This document shows, piece by piece, positions 19,381-27,103 of a stretch of DNA of 64,000 nucleotides. Below the pieces are notes generated by a model. The model saw only the letters and a program-made list of their open reading frames with translations. It searched no databases and was not told the origin of the DNA. The stretch is taken from sequence record PZ445427.1, one strand, 5' to 3'. Both the position numbers and the translations under genes were made by a program. Position 1 is the first letter of the stretch. The number at the start of each line of letters is the position of its first letter. The stretch is from a phage.

Positions 19381-19496
19381 GGGGTCTTTAAAAATTGCCC
19401 CCGGATTTTTAGTGGGGTAACAATTTCTGGACTTCACCACTCACCTGCTACCCTTAAGTGCCCTGCGATTTTCCACTAAAAAGTTTAAAAATTCGA

Positions 19497-19525
19497 TTGC
19501 TTGAATGCTAAATTCTCTGTATAAT
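19497..19525 (+). promoter_or_regulatory. T5-type early promoter
   Basis: ttgctt 19497..19502, 17 bp, tataat 19520..19525. Confidence 0.6.
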
Positions 19526-19555
19526 ATATTTATAAATTTGAGAGAGGAATCAAAT

Positions 19556-20611
19556 ATGATTAAGACTGGTCTAGTAATTGGTAAGTTCGCACCATTAACG
19601 CGTGGTCATATTAACCTAATAAACACAGCAGCAACTATGTGTGAACGAGTTATTGTTGTAGTTAGTCATGATAATCGTTGGCTGGATAAGCAGAACACAC
19701 GTGATCAGGAAGTATTACAGTTAAAGAATCGACTTCGTTGGTTAGAACAAACTTACGCGGATATTGAGCACATTTCGGTAGAGTACATTATTGAAGATGA
19801 TATTCCTGAATATCCGAATGGTTGGCCGGAATATGCTAGAATCCTTAATGAAAATTACGGACATTTGCCTGAGATCACCATTTTCTCTAGCGAACTAGAC
19901 TATGATGCAGAATATAAGAAATATCTGCCGAAGTTTGGTCATTATATTGTAGATTCTGATCGGACTCGTGTTCCAATCTCAGCTACAATGATTCGTAATG
20001 ATCTTATGAAGTATTGGGAGTTTCTTCCTAGCGTAGTTCGTAAAGATTACGTGCGTAAGGTTGTAATCATTGGGACTGAAAGCTCGGGAAAGACTACTTT
20101 AACAAAATACCTTGCGAAGCTATACAACACTTCGTGGGTAGAAGAATATGGCCGAACGTATTGTGAAGTTGATCTAGTTGGTAACGAAAATCTACTTACC
20201 AGTGAAGATTATAGTAAAATTGCGTTCAGACACAAAGAGCTAGAGTTTGAAGCAGAACGTACTGCAAATAAGATCATGTTTGTGGATACAAATGCTTTTA
20301 TTACTGAGTTCTACCACAGACTTTATGAACATCGTAAGAATCCTGTGGTTACAGCAATTGCAAAAGAAGAACATTACGATTTAGTAATTGTTCTAGCGCC
20401 TACTGTTAAGTGGGTAGATGATGGTTTACGTATTAACTCCGATCGTTCAATTACTTCTGAACTGTTCGAGCAGATGAAGAAAGAATTTCCAAATCAGTTC
20501 CCTGAAGGGCGTACTGTTTACATCGACTCCCCGGACTACAAAGTTCGTATGGACGAAGCAGTAAACGCAGTAGACTGGCTGATTCATCACTTTAACGTTG
20601 GAGAGTTTTAA
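19556..20611 (+). CDS. nadR: NadR-like bifunctional NMN adenylyltransferase / ribosylnicotinamide kinase
   Basis: GKFAPLTRGH nucleotidyltransferase motif and IIGTESSGKTTL P-loop; start ATG 19556 (track start 19505 lies in promoter). Confidence 0.7.
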   Translation: MIKTGLVIGKFAPLTRGHINLINTAATMCERVIVVVSHDNRWLDKQNTRDQEVLQLKNRLRWLEQTYADIEHISVEYIIEDDIPEYPNGWPEYARILNENYGHLPEITIFSSELDYDAEYKKYLPKFGHYIVDSDRTRVPISATMIRNDLMKYWEFLPSVVRKDYVRKVVIIGTESSGKTTLTKYLAKLYNTSWVEEYGRTYCEVDLVGNENLLTSEDYSKIAFRHKELEFEAERTANKIMFVDTNAFITEFYHRLYEHRKNPVVTAIAKEEHYDLVIVLAPTVKWVDDGLRINSDRSITSELFEQMKKEFPNQFPEGRTVYIDSPDYKVRMDEAVNAVDWLIHHFNVGEF

Positions 20612-20612
20612 T

Positions 20613-21290
20613 ATGACTAACTATCTTGTAAATGACTTTAAAAACTGGAAACCTTTGGAATATCTGTGGCTGTTTATAGCAGTCGCCTTTATTAGTTTAG
20701 CAAACTATAATGGTACAGCTCTAGATTGGGCTACTGCAATAACCAATGTGGTTTGTGTTATTCTGGTTGCAAAAGGACGTGTTTCCAACTATATTTGGGG
20801 CTTAGTGGGTGTTCTTACATATGGTATTACAGCTTTAAACGCAGATCTTTATGGTAACGCTGCACTAAACCTGCTATACTACGTTCCTATGCAGTTTTAT
20901 GGAATGTACTTATGGCATAAAAATAAGCCAAGTAATCTGCCAGATGTTCCAACTAAGGTTCTGACTAAAGCCCAAGCTCTGCTGACTCTAGGGATTCTAG
21001 CAGTAGCCACGTTAGGGTATGGTAGTTTCTTAGCTACTACGGCTGATCCATTCCCAATGTTGGATGCATTTACTGCGGTAGGTAGTGTGATCGCTATGTG
21101 GCTTATGGTTAAGCAGTATGCCGAGCAGTGGCTGATCTGGATTGCTATTAACATTGGTACTGTGTACATTTGGCTTGTAACTGCTCAATCTACAGGTGCA
21201 TCTTATGCAATCCTAGCAATGTGGCTAGTATTCTTAGGTAACTCTATTATGGGAGCCTATAAAGGATACTTTGTACGCGTTAACAAATAA
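20613..21290 (+). CDS. pnuC: PnuC-like nicotinamide riboside transporter
   Basis: Polytopic membrane protein immediately after nadR; start ATG 20613 after GGAGAG. Confidence 0.6.
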   Translation: MTNYLVNDFKNWKPLEYLWLFIAVAFISLANYNGTALDWATAITNVVCVILVAKGRVSNYIWGLVGVLTYGITALNADLYGNAALNLLYYVPMQFYGMYLWHKNKPSNLPDVPTKVLTKAQALLTLGILAVATLGYGSFLATTADPFPMLDAFTAVGSVIAMWLMVKQYAEQWLIWIAINIGTVYIWLVTAQSTGASYAILAMWLVFLGNSIMGAYKGYFVRVNK

Positions 21291-21296
21291 AGTAGT

Positions 21297-21325
21297 TATA
21301 GCCCTCGCTTAGAGGGCTATTATAC
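21297..21325 (+). terminator. hairpin, probable terminator
   Basis: tatagccctc-gctta-gagggctat stem-loop, weak U-tract. Confidence 0.4.
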
Positions 21326-21337
21326 AGAAATTTTCAC

Positions 21338-21366
21338 TTGCTTTATATAGAAAATTTCTGTATAAT
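21338..21366 (+). promoter_or_regulatory. T5-type early promoter
   Basis: ttgctt 21338..21343, 17 bp, tataat 21361..21366. Confidence 0.6.
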
Positions 21367-21396
21367 ATATTTATAAATTTGAGAGAGGAATCAAAC

Positions 21397-21693
21397 ATGA
21401 AACGCATTGTACTTGCATTGACTCTAGTATCTACTTCTGTATTTGCTGTTCCACAACAGGAACTTTGTCAAGTTCAGGTTTGTAATAAGTTAGAACGATT
21501 TACTTTGGATATTTGGTCACACATTAAAGATAATATGGGTGAACAGTGTTTTGATATTGTTCTGCCAAAAGAGCAGGCTGTTCCTGGTGCTGTTCTTAGC
21601 TCAGAGTCACGTTGGTGGCAGGGTTCTTCTATCAACCCAACTAAGAAGTCAGTGACACGTATCAAACAGGTATATCAGTGCAATGTTCAGTAA
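21397..21693 (+). CDS. secreted hypothetical protein (98 aa)
   Basis: ATG 21397 gives signal peptide MKRIVLALTLVSTSVFA; track start 21379 is TTG inside promoter box. Confidence 0.55.
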   Translation: MKRIVLALTLVSTSVFAVPQQELCQVQVCNKLERFTLDIWSHIKDNMGEQCFDIVLPKEQAVPGAVLSSESRWWQGSSINPTKKSVTRIKQVYQCNVQ

Positions 21694-21701
21694 AATTTCA
21701 C

Positions 21702-21730
21702 TTGCTTAATGCCGAAATTTTCTGTATAAT
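21702..21730 (+). promoter_or_regulatory. T5-type early promoter driving tRNA cluster
   Basis: ttgctt 21702..21707, 17 bp, tataat 21725..21730. Confidence 0.6.
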
Positions 21731-21744
21731 ATATTCATAAATTT

Positions 21745-21838
21745 GGAAGATTAACCCTAAAGGTAAGGGAGCTGTTTGCTAAACAGCCAGTAACTGTGGA
21801 GACACGGTGTGCCAGTTCGAATCTGGCATCTTCCTCCA
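21745..21838 (+). tRNA. tRNA-Ser(GCT)
   Basis: Acceptor ggaagat/atcttcc, anticodon loop ttgctaa, long variable arm, T-loop ttcgaat, CCA. Confidence 0.75.
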
Positions 21839-21843
21839 AATTT

Positions 21844-21921
21844 GGTTCTCAAGCTCATTTGGTATGAGCCGTCGCCTCATAAGCGAAAGGTAGGTAGGTT
21901 CGAATCCTCCGGGAGCCACCA
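21844..21921 (+). tRNA. tRNA-Met/Ile(CAT)
   Basis: Acceptor ggttctc/gggagcc with G-U pairs, anticodon loop ctcataa, T-arm with one mismatch. Confidence 0.55.
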
Positions 21922-21938
21922 ATTAATTAGGAGACTAT

Positions 21939-22124
21939 ATGTCTAGATTCTACGAAATGAAGAAAGCATTAGAAGAATGTCGGTGTAAGGACTGTCATGG
22001 TGGTGGTAGGCAGGATGATGCAGAACCTGGGGATATTTTCTGTAGAGAATGGGAATGTCCTACATGTAAAGGTACTGGTATCAACCCTGAATATGCAATT
22101 TGTCTAGACATTGAGCGAGGCTAA
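21939..22124 (+). CDS. small zinc-ribbon-like protein (61 aa)
   Basis: AGGAGA RBS; CxxC...CxxC. Confidence 0.5.
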   Translation: MSRFYEMKKALEECRCKDCHGGGRQDDAEPGDIFCREWECPTCKGTGINPEYAICLDIERG

Positions 22125-22125
22125 G

Positions 22126-22464
22126 ATGGATATTTTTACTACTCCGGCAATAAACCTTTTAGGTGTTGGCTTGTTCCAAGCTACGGTGTATCGTACCGAT
22201 GATTCTACTGATGTGGTAACGTTCATCGTACCTGAGTTCTTCCTAGAAAAGTTCTTTGAAGAGTTTGAGCAGTTCCGTGAAGAACACAATGCTCATTCCG
22301 ATATGGAAGATCTAGCAGCTATGTTCCCTGCGGTTTACGGCTATATCTTTGAAGGTAATGGCCTAGATCTTAATAAATCTGAACTCGTTGAACTTAATTG
22401 GGGCATCAATTTTGAGGTTGGCTCTCCATTCCCTCGATATTTCCAGGGTTTAGAGATTCGCTAA
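22126..22464 (+). CDS. hypothetical protein
   Basis: ATG 22126 after previous stop; track start 22111 is TTG. Confidence 0.5.
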   Translation: MDIFTTPAINLLGVGLFQATVYRTDDSTDVVTFIVPEFFLEKFFEEFEQFREEHNAHSDMEDLAAMFPAVYGYIFEGNGLDLNKSELVELNWGINFEVGSPFPRYFQGLEIR

Positions 22465-22472
22465 GATTACAT

Positions 22473-22549
22473 GGGGGTGTAATCGAATTGGCATAGGTAC
22501 TGGACTTAAAATTCAGGTTTTGTGGGTTCGAATCCCACCACCCCTACCA
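22473..22549 (+). tRNA. tRNA with anticodon TAA (Leu-like, short variable loop)
   Basis: Acceptor gggggtg/cacccct, anticodon stem ctgga/ttcag loop cttaaaa, T-arm gtggg-ttcgaat-cccac, CCA. Confidence 0.5.
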
Positions 22550-22564
22550 AATTAAGGAAATAAA

Positions 22565-22686
22565 ATGAAAGCTATTAAGAAAGCACTACGTAAATTTATG
22601 TACTGTCGTTTCCATAGTATTAAGGCTTCAACTAATGGTACGACTTACGATCGCTATGATCCTAAGTTTGGCTTACATTCTAAATA
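22565..22686 (+). CDS. small hypothetical protein (40 aa)
   Basis: AAGGAAA RBS then ATG; below track cutoff. Confidence 0.3.
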
Positions 22687-22700
22687 ACTGGAGATAATAA

Positions 22701-22907
22701 ATGGCTAATCCTGAAATTACTGCACAGCGCTTTATGCTGAAAGGTATTATTGCTGAAGCAGGCATGACAGAAGAAGTTGCAGATTTTCAAAAGCAGTTCC
22801 TAAATATTCTCACTCAAGCCAAAGAGCTAGGAGAGAAAGAACATGGCGCGGCTATTATGGCAATCACATTGGTTGGGCTTGATCTGGCAGAAGAATCAGG
22901 AGTTTAA
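22701..22907 (+). CDS. hypothetical protein (68 aa)
   Basis: GGAGA RBS. Confidence 0.5.
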   Translation: MANPEITAQRFMLKGIIAEAGMTEEVADFQKQFLNILTQAKELGEKEHGAAIMAITLVGLDLAEESGV

Positions 22908-22937
22908 CTCCTCCAAGCAGAAATTTTAAAAATGTAC

Positions 22938-22967
22938 TTGCTTTTTACTTAAGATTTCTGCTATAAT
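22938..22967 (+). promoter_or_regulatory. T5-type early promoter
   Basis: ttgctt 22938..22943, 18-bp spacer, tataat 22962..22967. Confidence 0.55.
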
Positions 22968-22997
22968 AGTTATATAAATTGATGAAGGAGTTAACGA

Positions 22998-23273
22998 ATG
23001 TCAAAACGTGTTACTTCAACTGGTGTTGAAAGTGCTGTTTGTAAATCCTGGGGTGGCTGGGAAGGTGAGATTGAATGGCTTTATTTCTACGATGTAGAAC
23101 TTCTGCCGGAAGTCAAAGCTAAATGTGTGGAAGCTGGTATGGCTCCTGATGCAAAGGCTGATATCGAAATCACCATGACTAAGCTAGAAGGTCGTGTAAT
23201 TACGCTCAATGATGATTATGAAGAAGTGTTCGAGCTTCCATTCAAACTGAGTGTCACTCCTAGCTTCGAGTAA
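22998..23273 (+). CDS. hypothetical protein (91 aa)
   Basis: AAGGAG RBS. Confidence 0.55.
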   Translation: MSKRVTSTGVESAVCKSWGGWEGEIEWLYFYDVELLPEVKAKCVEAGMAPDAKADIEITMTKLEGRVITLNDDYEEVFELPFKLSVTPSFE

Positions 23274-23309
23274 CTGATATAGCACTGAGCAAGTTCTTTA
23301 AAATTTGAC

Positions 23310-23338
23310 TTGCTCAGTCCTTCAAAACTTGATATAAT
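23310..23338 (+). promoter_or_regulatory. T5-type early promoter
   Basis: ttgctc 23310..23315, 17 bp, tataat 23333..23338. Confidence 0.55.
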
Positions 23339-23403
23339 ATTTATCTAATTTGGAAACATATTTAAAAGTGTTTAAATGAGAATTTTTGAATACTTCTAAA
23401 TAT

Positions 23404-23491
23404 GGGCGTTTATTCCGTAAGTGGTAGCGGAGGGGATTGTAAATCCCTGGTCATTGCGACTCGAGTGGTTCGACTCCATTAACGCCCACCA
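23404..23491 (+). tRNA. tRNA-Tyr(GTA)
   Basis: Acceptor gggcgtt/aacgccc, anticodon loop ttgtaaa, long variable arm, T-loop ttcgact, CCA. Confidence 0.75.
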
Positions 23492-23508
23492 AATTAAAGG
23501 TAAAGGAT

Positions 23509-24000
23509 ATGTATATTGATCGGATAATTCAAGAAGCTGCAAATAGGGGTATTATACAGTTGGGTTCACCCGCTGATATAAATAAAGATCTAATATTAGA
23601 AAGCCTCACATTTGGTACAGCTAACTTTGGTCGCGATAGTAATCGTCGATATAGCTTGAAGTTATCTGCACTATCTTTTATCAAGTATAACAAAAGTATT
23701 GGAGAAAAATCCAGCTGTGGTTTTATTTACGCAATAACTAACCCAGCTTGGGATAACTATGTAAAAATTGGTATGTCTTCTGATCCTAAAACAAGATTAA
23801 GAAATTACCAAACCTATTCTCCTTTACGTGATTATAAGTTAATACATTGGTCATTCTGGTTTAATGCTAGAGAAGCGGAGAAAATGCTTCATAATAGCTT
23901 TCCTGAACGGCTTAACGAATGGGTAGTGTTAGACAGAGGTGTAGACGAAATACTTTCCGAGTTTAACAATTTATCCAATAAGCAATTTAAGTCCTGTTAG
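23509..24000 (+). CDS. GIY-YIG nuclease-like protein (T5orf172-type domain)
   Basis: CGFIYAITN ... YVKIGMSSD ... RLRNY arrangement typical of GIY-YIG/T5orf172 domain; sits inside tRNA cluster; stop overlaps tRNA-Glu. Confidence 0.5.
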   Translation: MYIDRIIQEAANRGIIQLGSPADINKDLILESLTFGTANFGRDSNRRYSLKLSALSFIKYNKSIGEKSSCGFIYAITNPAWDNYVKIGMSSDPKTRLRNYQTYSPLRDYKLIHWSFWFNAREAEKMLHNSFPERLNEWVVLDRGVDEILSEFNNLSNKQFKSC

Positions 24001-24067
24001 ACAAACTGGTAAAGTCACTACCCTTTCAAGGTAGGATTTGCGGGTTCGATCCCCGCACAGGACGCCA
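23991..24067 (+). tRNA. tRNA-Glu(TTC)
   Basis: Acceptor gtcctgt/acaggac, anticodon stem ctacc/ggtag loop ctttcaa, T-arm gcggg-ttcgatc-cccgc, CCA. Confidence 0.7.
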
Positions 24068-24075
24068 ATTTCTGC

Positions 24076-24152
24076 ATTCCTAGAGTGTTACTGGACAGCA
24101 TGTCGGTCTCCAAAACCGTACGGTCTAGGTTCGAGTCCTAGTAGGTTTGCCA
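24076..24152 (+). tRNA. tRNA-Trp(CCA), acceptor stem imperfect
   Basis: Anticodon loop ctccaaa, T-arm ctagg-ttcgagt-cctag, CCA; 5' acceptor pairs only 5 of 7. Confidence 0.4.
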
Positions 24153-24158
24153 ATATTT

Positions 24159-24233
24159 GCACCTTTAGCTGAGATGGATTAGCGCTTGCCTGAAGAGCTT
24201 GAGAGGTTCGTTCAATTCGAACAGGGTGCACCA
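24159..24233 (+). tRNA. tRNA-Phe(GAA), weak anticodon stem
   Basis: Acceptor gcacctt/agggtgc, anticodon loop ctgaaga, T-arm gttcg-ttcaatt-cgaac, CCA. Confidence 0.45.
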
Positions 24234-24252
24234 ATTAATCAATATAAGGCTT

Positions 24253-24633
24253 ATGGAAACAAAAACGTGTAATAAGTGTGGAAATACATTTCCCTTGAGT
24301 ACGGACTACTTCTTTAAAAGTGGTAAGCAAGTCTCAGGAAAACAAAAATGGAAACCTATGTGCAAACAATGCGAAAGTATATCTCGTATTGAATACTATA
24401 ATAATACAATTGCCGAGGTTTTTCCTGACTTACATTGTGCTATTTGTGGGTATAACAAGTGTCCACAGGCGATTGATTTCCATCATTTAGAGCAGGATGA
24501 TAAAGAGTTTAATATTAGTGAAGCTAGACGGGGTACGTTTAACAAAGAAAAACTAATAGAAGAGCTTGAGAAATGTGTACCTTTATGCTGTAGGTGTCAC
24601 AGAGAATATCATGCTGGAGTTATTGAGCTTTAA
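24253..24633 (+). CDS. HNH endonuclease-like protein
   Basis: CAICGY...HHL...N...CCRCHREYH HNH/zinc motif; start ATG 24253 (track start 24199 overlaps tRNA). Confidence 0.65.
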   Translation: METKTCNKCGNTFPLSTDYFFKSGKQVSGKQKWKPMCKQCESISRIEYYNNTIAEVFPDLHCAICGYNKCPQAIDFHHLEQDDKEFNISEARRGTFNKEKLIEELEKCVPLCCRCHREYHAGVIEL

Positions 24634-24647
24634 ACTGAAAAATGTAG

Positions 24648-24676
24648 TTGCTTAAATCCTTAAAGTTCTGTATAAT
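24648..24676 (+). promoter_or_regulatory. T5-type early promoter
   Basis: ttgctt 24648..24653, 17 bp, tataat 24671..24676. Confidence 0.6.
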
Positions 24677-24704
24677 TATTATATAAATTGAACTGGAGAA
24701 CTAG

Positions 24705-24893
24705 ATGAAAGCACCTAAACCGAAATTAGTTAAGTTCGACTGCTGTGACACTGAAATCTTATTTACTAAGTTTGGTGAATTTAAGATGTGTGAATGTGGA
24801 ACATGTGGTTATGATCATGGTGATGGATATTATTGCAGAACCCTCGGGCCTTCTGAACTAATCCACTTCTCATGGCCGGAAAGTAAAGAATAA
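24705..24893 (+). CDS. small Cys-rich protein (62 aa)
   Basis: GGAGAA RBS; CCxxC...CxCGxC. Confidence 0.5.
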   Translation: MKAPKPKLVKFDCCDTEILFTKFGEFKMCECGTCGYDHGDGYYCRTLGPSELIHFSWPESKE

Positions 24894-24895
24894 TA

Positions 24896-24971
24896 CGACC
24901 GTTGGCTGAATGGCTTAGGCGGAGGCCTGCAAAACCTCCTTATGTGAGTTCGAATCTCATGCGGTCGTCCA
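24896..24971 (+). tRNA. tRNA-Cys(GCA)
   Basis: Acceptor cgaccgt/gcggtcg, anticodon region ctgcaaa, discriminator U, T-loop ttcgaat, CCA. Confidence 0.6.
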
Positions 24972-24978
24972 AATTTTA

Positions 24979-25061
24979 GGGTCGTTAGCCAAGCGGTTTG
25001 GCGGTGGACTGTTAATCCATGTCGAAAGACAACGTAGGTTCGAATCCTACACGGCCCGCCA
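24979..25061 (+). tRNA. tRNA-Asn(GTT) with unusually long variable arm
   Basis: Acceptor gggtcgt/acggccc, D stem gcca/tggc, anticodon stem gtgga/tccat loop ctgttaa, 13-nt variable arm (gtc-gaaa-gac), T-arm gtagg-ttcgaat-cctac, CCA. Confidence 0.6.
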
Positions 25062-25164
25062 TATTCTGTGTAGAGTTAAGTAAACCGGTAGCCAACCAGC
25101 TATCATTGCTGATATCGAATTCAGTCACAGATACCATTTTTCATTAACAACTGAGGAAATAGAT

Positions 25165-25350
25165 ATGACAACTCGTGCAATTGCTCGACTAGAAGCTGAT
25201 CGTGATAGTCTGATTAATAATATTAAGGTTTGGGATCAAGAAATTGAAAACCAAAAACTGACATTAATTCAAGATATGCAACAACAGAATGCCCGTCGTG
25301 AAGCTCTAAAAGAGGTTGAGGAAGCTATCGAAAAACTCAAAACTGAGTAA
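25165..25350 (+). CDS. hypothetical coiled-coil protein (61 aa)
   Basis: GAGGAAA RBS. Confidence 0.5.
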   Translation: MTTRAIARLEADRDSLINNIKVWDQEIENQKLTLIQDMQQQNARREALKEVEEAIEKLKTE

Positions 25351-25359
25351 ATAAATTAT

Positions 25360-25436
25360 GCGATCGGGGCTGGCTTGGTAATGGTACTCCCCTGTCACGG
25401 GAGAGAATGTGGGTTCGAATCCCATCGGTCGCGCCA
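25360..25436 (+). tRNA. tRNA-Asp(GTC)
   Basis: Acceptor gcgatcg/cggtcgc, anticodon stem ctccc/gggag loop ctgtcac, T-loop ttcgaat, CCA. Confidence 0.75.
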
Positions 25437-25442
25437 AATAAT

Positions 25443-25518
25443 ACATCCATAGCTCAATGGTTAGAGCTACCGCCTCTTAAGCGGAGGGTTCTAGGTTCAA
25501 GTCCTAGTGGGTGTACCA
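25443..25518 (+). tRNA. tRNA-Lys(CTT)
   Basis: Acceptor acatcca/tgggtgt, D stem gctc/gagc, anticodon loop ctcttaa, T-arm ctagg-ttcaagt-cctag, CCA. Confidence 0.65.
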
Positions 25519-25519
25519 A

Positions 25520-25731
25520 ACATCAGAGCAGCGTGATGTACTGCAAAGACCCAAAGTCCGGGGTGGACTTCTTGATTCAAAGGAGCAGGCATTAATTATC
25601 ATTCTAGCGTGGTGGAGAGGGGACACCAGCTTGCCGAGGGTAGAAGCTCGTTCGATTCGAGTGAAAGAATGGTTCTCGTAAATCCGCACAAGTGATAGTA
25701 GGTTCAAGTCCTACCTAGATTGACTCATTAT
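25520..25731 (+). other. unresolved tRNA-like region (two T-arm-like hairpins without canonical acceptor stems)
   Basis: gctcg-ttcgatt-cgagt at 25646..25662 and gtagg-ttcaagt-cctac at 25698..25714; no 7-bp acceptor partner found by eye. Confidence 0.3.
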
Positions 25732-25805
25732 GCGTTCGTAGTTAAAAGGTATAATTTTTGGTTGCCAACCAGAAGTTGAGGGTTCGATTCCCTCCGACCG
25801 CACCA
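25732..25805 (+). tRNA. tRNA-Gly(GCC)
   Basis: Acceptor gcgttcg/cgaccgc (1 mismatch), anticodon stem tttgg/ccaga loop ttgccaa, T-arm gaggg-ttcgatt-ccctc, CCA. Confidence 0.65.
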
Positions 25806-26053
25806 AATTTAGGTTTCTGCTTCCTAGAGAACTGACTCCTAGATAAACAAGGCGATGAGTTTCCGGCCGGTTCTAGTCGCTGAAAATCCTCCCGACCAGG
25901 TAGGTGTAAGTAAACGAAAGTTTACTTATTAAGTAAGTCCGACACATCGGCGGGTGTGTTCTAGTACTTAAAGAAGGTCTCGCAAACTTTCTCGCTAGCA
26001 TGAGTTGATAGCTCGGTGACTTACCTAATAAGTAAATTTATTAAAAAATGTAG

Positions 26054-26082
26054 TTGCTATTTAGCTTAATTCTCTGTATAAT
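26054..26082 (+). promoter_or_regulatory. T5-type early promoter
   Basis: ttgcta 26054..26059, 17 bp, tataat 26077..26082. Confidence 0.6.
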
Positions 26083-26114
26083 ATATTTTATAAAGTGAGT
26101 TAACAAAGAATATT

Positions 26115-26192
26115 CTCCGTGTAGCTCAGTTTGGCCAGAGCGTTTCGTTTGGGGCGATAGGGTCGGGGGTTCAAATCCTCCCACGGAGACCA
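26115..26192 (+). tRNA. tRNA-Pro(TGG)
   Basis: Acceptor ctccgtg/cacggag, anticodon loop tttgggg (G37), variable gggtc, T-loop ttcaaat, CCA. Confidence 0.7.
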
Positions 26193-26198
26193 AACAAT

Positions 26199-26276
26199 TG
26201 CGGGTTAGATCTCTGGTAGAGATCGCTAGTCTCATAAGCTAGAAAGAGGTAGGTTCGATTCCTACACCCGCTTCCA
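26199..26276 (+). tRNA. tRNA-Met/Ile(CAT)
   Basis: Acceptor tgcgggt/acccgct with 1:72 mismatch, anticodon stem ctagt/gctag loop ctcataa, T-arm gtagg-ttcgatt-cctac, CCA. Confidence 0.6.
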
Positions 26277-26297
26277 ATTTAATAGAAGGATTTCGAA

Positions 26298-26462
26298 ATG
26301 AAATTATTTCGTTTAAAAGTAAGTGATCTACGTTCTAGCAAAGATCGTAAGAAGTATCCACTAGCCCATTACGGTAAAGATGAAAATGAAGTGATGGCGG
26401 AATTTGGTATTAATCATCCTTACTTGAAAGTTCACTCTATTAAAGAAGTATACATGTATTAA
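26298..26462 (+). CDS. small hypothetical protein (54 aa)
   Basis: AAGGA RBS; between tRNAs; below track cutoff. Confidence 0.35.
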   Translation: MKLFRLKVSDLRSSKDRKKYPLAHYGKDENEVMAEFGINHPYLKVHSIKEVYMY

Positions 26463-26464
26463 AT

Positions 26465-26542
26465 TGACCGTTAACTCAACTGGATAAGAGTACCGAGCTT
26501 TTACCTCGTAGGTTCTGGGTTCGAATCCCAGACGGTCAACCA
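26465..26542 (+). tRNA. tRNA-Lys(TTT)
   Basis: Acceptor tgaccgt/acggtca, anticodon loop cttttac, T-arm ctggg-ttcgaat-cccag, CCA. Confidence 0.7.
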
Positions 26543-26559
26543 ATTTAAAGGAATTTGTT

Positions 26560-26877
26560 ATGAATATTAACAAAGTTCTAGGAACAATATCAGAAATGTC
26601 TGGTAGAGCTGGAAAACGCTTTACTGAATTATGTATTAAAAATCAAAAAGTACCAGAACATCAATGTCATTATTGTCGAGACTGTGAACAATACCATGAA
26701 ATGTGTGTGGTTGAAGATTGGGTCTGGGATCAGATAAGAAAAGAACAATCCAAAGATATTGTTCTATGTTTTACTTGTATGGAACGACGTTTAGGACGTA
26801 AAATTACTCTTAAAGATCTTAAACATGTTCCCTGTAACGCTCCTTACTTCATTGGTTTTAGAATGGAGAGATTTTGA
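26560..26877 (+). CDS. Cys-rich zinc-ribbon-like protein (105 aa)
   Basis: AAAGGAA RBS; CHYCRDC and CFTC motifs. Confidence 0.55.
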   Translation: MNINKVLGTISEMSGRAGKRFTELCIKNQKVPEHQCHYCRDCEQYHEMCVVEDWVWDQIRKEQSKDIVLCFTCMERRLGRKITLKDLKHVPCNAPYFIGFRMERF

Positions 26878-27010
26878 TGATAATCTGGTTTTACTTAATG
26901 AAACAAAAAGTCAAGCAGTACAACGTATTTTCTGCTGATTTTACTATTGGAATGTTCTTAGCGGGATTATGTGAGTTTCTGTTTGAAGCCTACATCATAG
27001 GAAGTCTTTT

Positions 27011-27084
27011 GCTCGGTTAGTTTAATGGGAGAACCCCGTCTTTACACGGCGGTTGCGATAGTTCGATTCTATCACCGAGTACCA
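27011..27084 (+). tRNA. tRNA-Val(TAC)
   Basis: Acceptor gctcggt/accgagt, anticodon stem ccgtc/ggcgg loop tttacac, T-arm gatag-ttcgatt-ctatc, CCA. Confidence 0.7.
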
Positions 27085-27103
27085 ATTAACTCAAAATAAG
27101 GAA

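Noticed and set aside
19505-19555. Upstream starts given by the ORF track for nadR and similar genes (also 21379, 22111, 41400, 44096, 46733)
   Set aside because: These TTG/ATG codons sit inside the conserved promoter/leader box; the downstream ATG with proper RBS spacing is the more likely start.
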